A stretch of DNA of 61,879 nt, the filler included, from Hausera hauseri (lineage: Eukaryota), in assembly GCA_046269625.1 (NCBI GenBank). It is 11 parts of 11 records of this genome, joined end to end, with 100 filler letters (N's around TTAATTAATTAA, not from the genome) between each part and the next. Parts side by side here need not be neighbours in the genome. Positions count along the whole stretch, not along the records: positions 57,837 to 61,879 come from JBJURY010798979.1; 10 more parts are not named here. One strand, written 5' to 3'. Position numbers and translations under genes: made by a program. Positions 61,359 through 61,879 of this stretch are shown here, one piece after another. How positions within the stretch are numbered: the stretch's first letter is position 1; each line of letters begins with the position of its first letter. Below the pieces are notes generated by a model. That model was given only the letters and a program-made list of their open reading frames with translations, did not search any database and had not been told where the DNA came from.

Positions 61359-61721
61359 TCAATCAATCGAAAATCGTACGACGACGACGTTTGTTTCAGT
61401 TAATGAACTCGATGATGCTCTACTGTGTTTTCTCAAGCCACAGCCAGCGAACTGCATTTTGACTGATTCATTGACTCCCGGTGCAGCGCTTTTTATTTCT
61501 GACAAGACGTGTTCCTTCAATGATGGTAAAATCGATTTGTTTTCATATAGTACGTCCTGTGCTGTTTTTGCTGCCACGGTTCCAATACGCTTCATCACCG
61601 GAAATGCTAAACGTGCCAATGTGCGCAACCATCCACAGCCATACTGTTCCCCAACGAAATACGGCAGTTCCGCACCCTGCTGGGATTTACTGTAAATGGA
61701 AACGATTTCAGAATCAATCAT
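61359..61721 (-). CDS. Polinton PW / pX (cupiennin-like) core protein, copy 2
   Basis: IYSKSQQGAELPYFVGEQYGCGWLRTLARLAFPVMKRIG: a QxGxG motif followed by an amphipathic helix, located between penton and hexon. Confidence 0.72.
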   Translation of the reverse strand: MIDSEIVSIYSKSQQGAELPYFVGEQYGCGWLRTLARLAFPVMKRIGTVAAKTAQDVLYENKSILPSLKEHVLSEIKSAAPGVNESVKMQFAGCGLRKHSRASSSSLTETNVVVVRFSID

Positions 61722-61879
61722 GTTGTTGTTGCTGTTGGATTCGACGGAAATGAAGAGTTAGACTGGTTGTGGTACCGTACGAAAATTTAATAAGGTAGAT
61801 CGCGTCACATCGGATATTCACTTCAACATTGTTTATAGATGTAGATGCCACAGGTAGGTACATTAGATTATCGAGCTTG
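61714..61879 (-). CDS. Polinton penton C-terminus, copy 2 (partial)
   Basis: LMYLPVASTSINNVEVNIRCD...TSLTLHFRRIQQQQQHD*; its last codons overlap the ATG of the next gene. Confidence 0.8.
   Translation of the reverse strand, partial: KLDNLMYLPVASTSINNVEVNIRCDAIYLIKFSYGTTTSLTLHFRRIQQQQQHD

Overview
AT-rich eukaryotic (invertebrate-like, with short ~46-nt GT-AG introns) repeat DNA. The window is not one locus: it is 11 contigs of about 4-7 kb joined by ten artificial 100-nt spacers (N44-TTAATTAATTAA-N44), so adjacency across a spacer means nothing. The main content is five degraded, overlapping copies (about 1-7187 -, 25069-27687 -, ~31600-35236 +, 41353-48560 -, 49138-53672 +) of one unusual Ty3/gypsy-type retroelement family. 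Their lesions fall at different positions, which allows one continuous reading frame of more than 9 kb to be pieced together by eye. Its order is: helical N-terminal region, ubiquitin-like domain, AT-hook, internal signal peptide, chuvirus-G/herpes-gB-like class III glycoprotein, TM, linker, aspartic protease, RT, RNase H, integrase, and a further hydrophobic extension. The envelope protein therefore lies upstream of, and in frame with, Pol. The last two contigs carry Polinton/Maverick (adintovirus-like) virion genes (penton, pX/PW-like core protein, hexon, adenain), a divergent TBP-like ORF, and a nested LTR-PBS-gag insertion. Also present are several Tc1/mariner relics, a tRNA-derived SINE, RTE LINE fragments, a 4.6-kb (GAAC/GAAA)n satellite, and host-gene relics (histone H2A, NFX1, NCKAP1/Hem). 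All assignments come from motif recognition by eye; no database search was run and boundaries are approximate.
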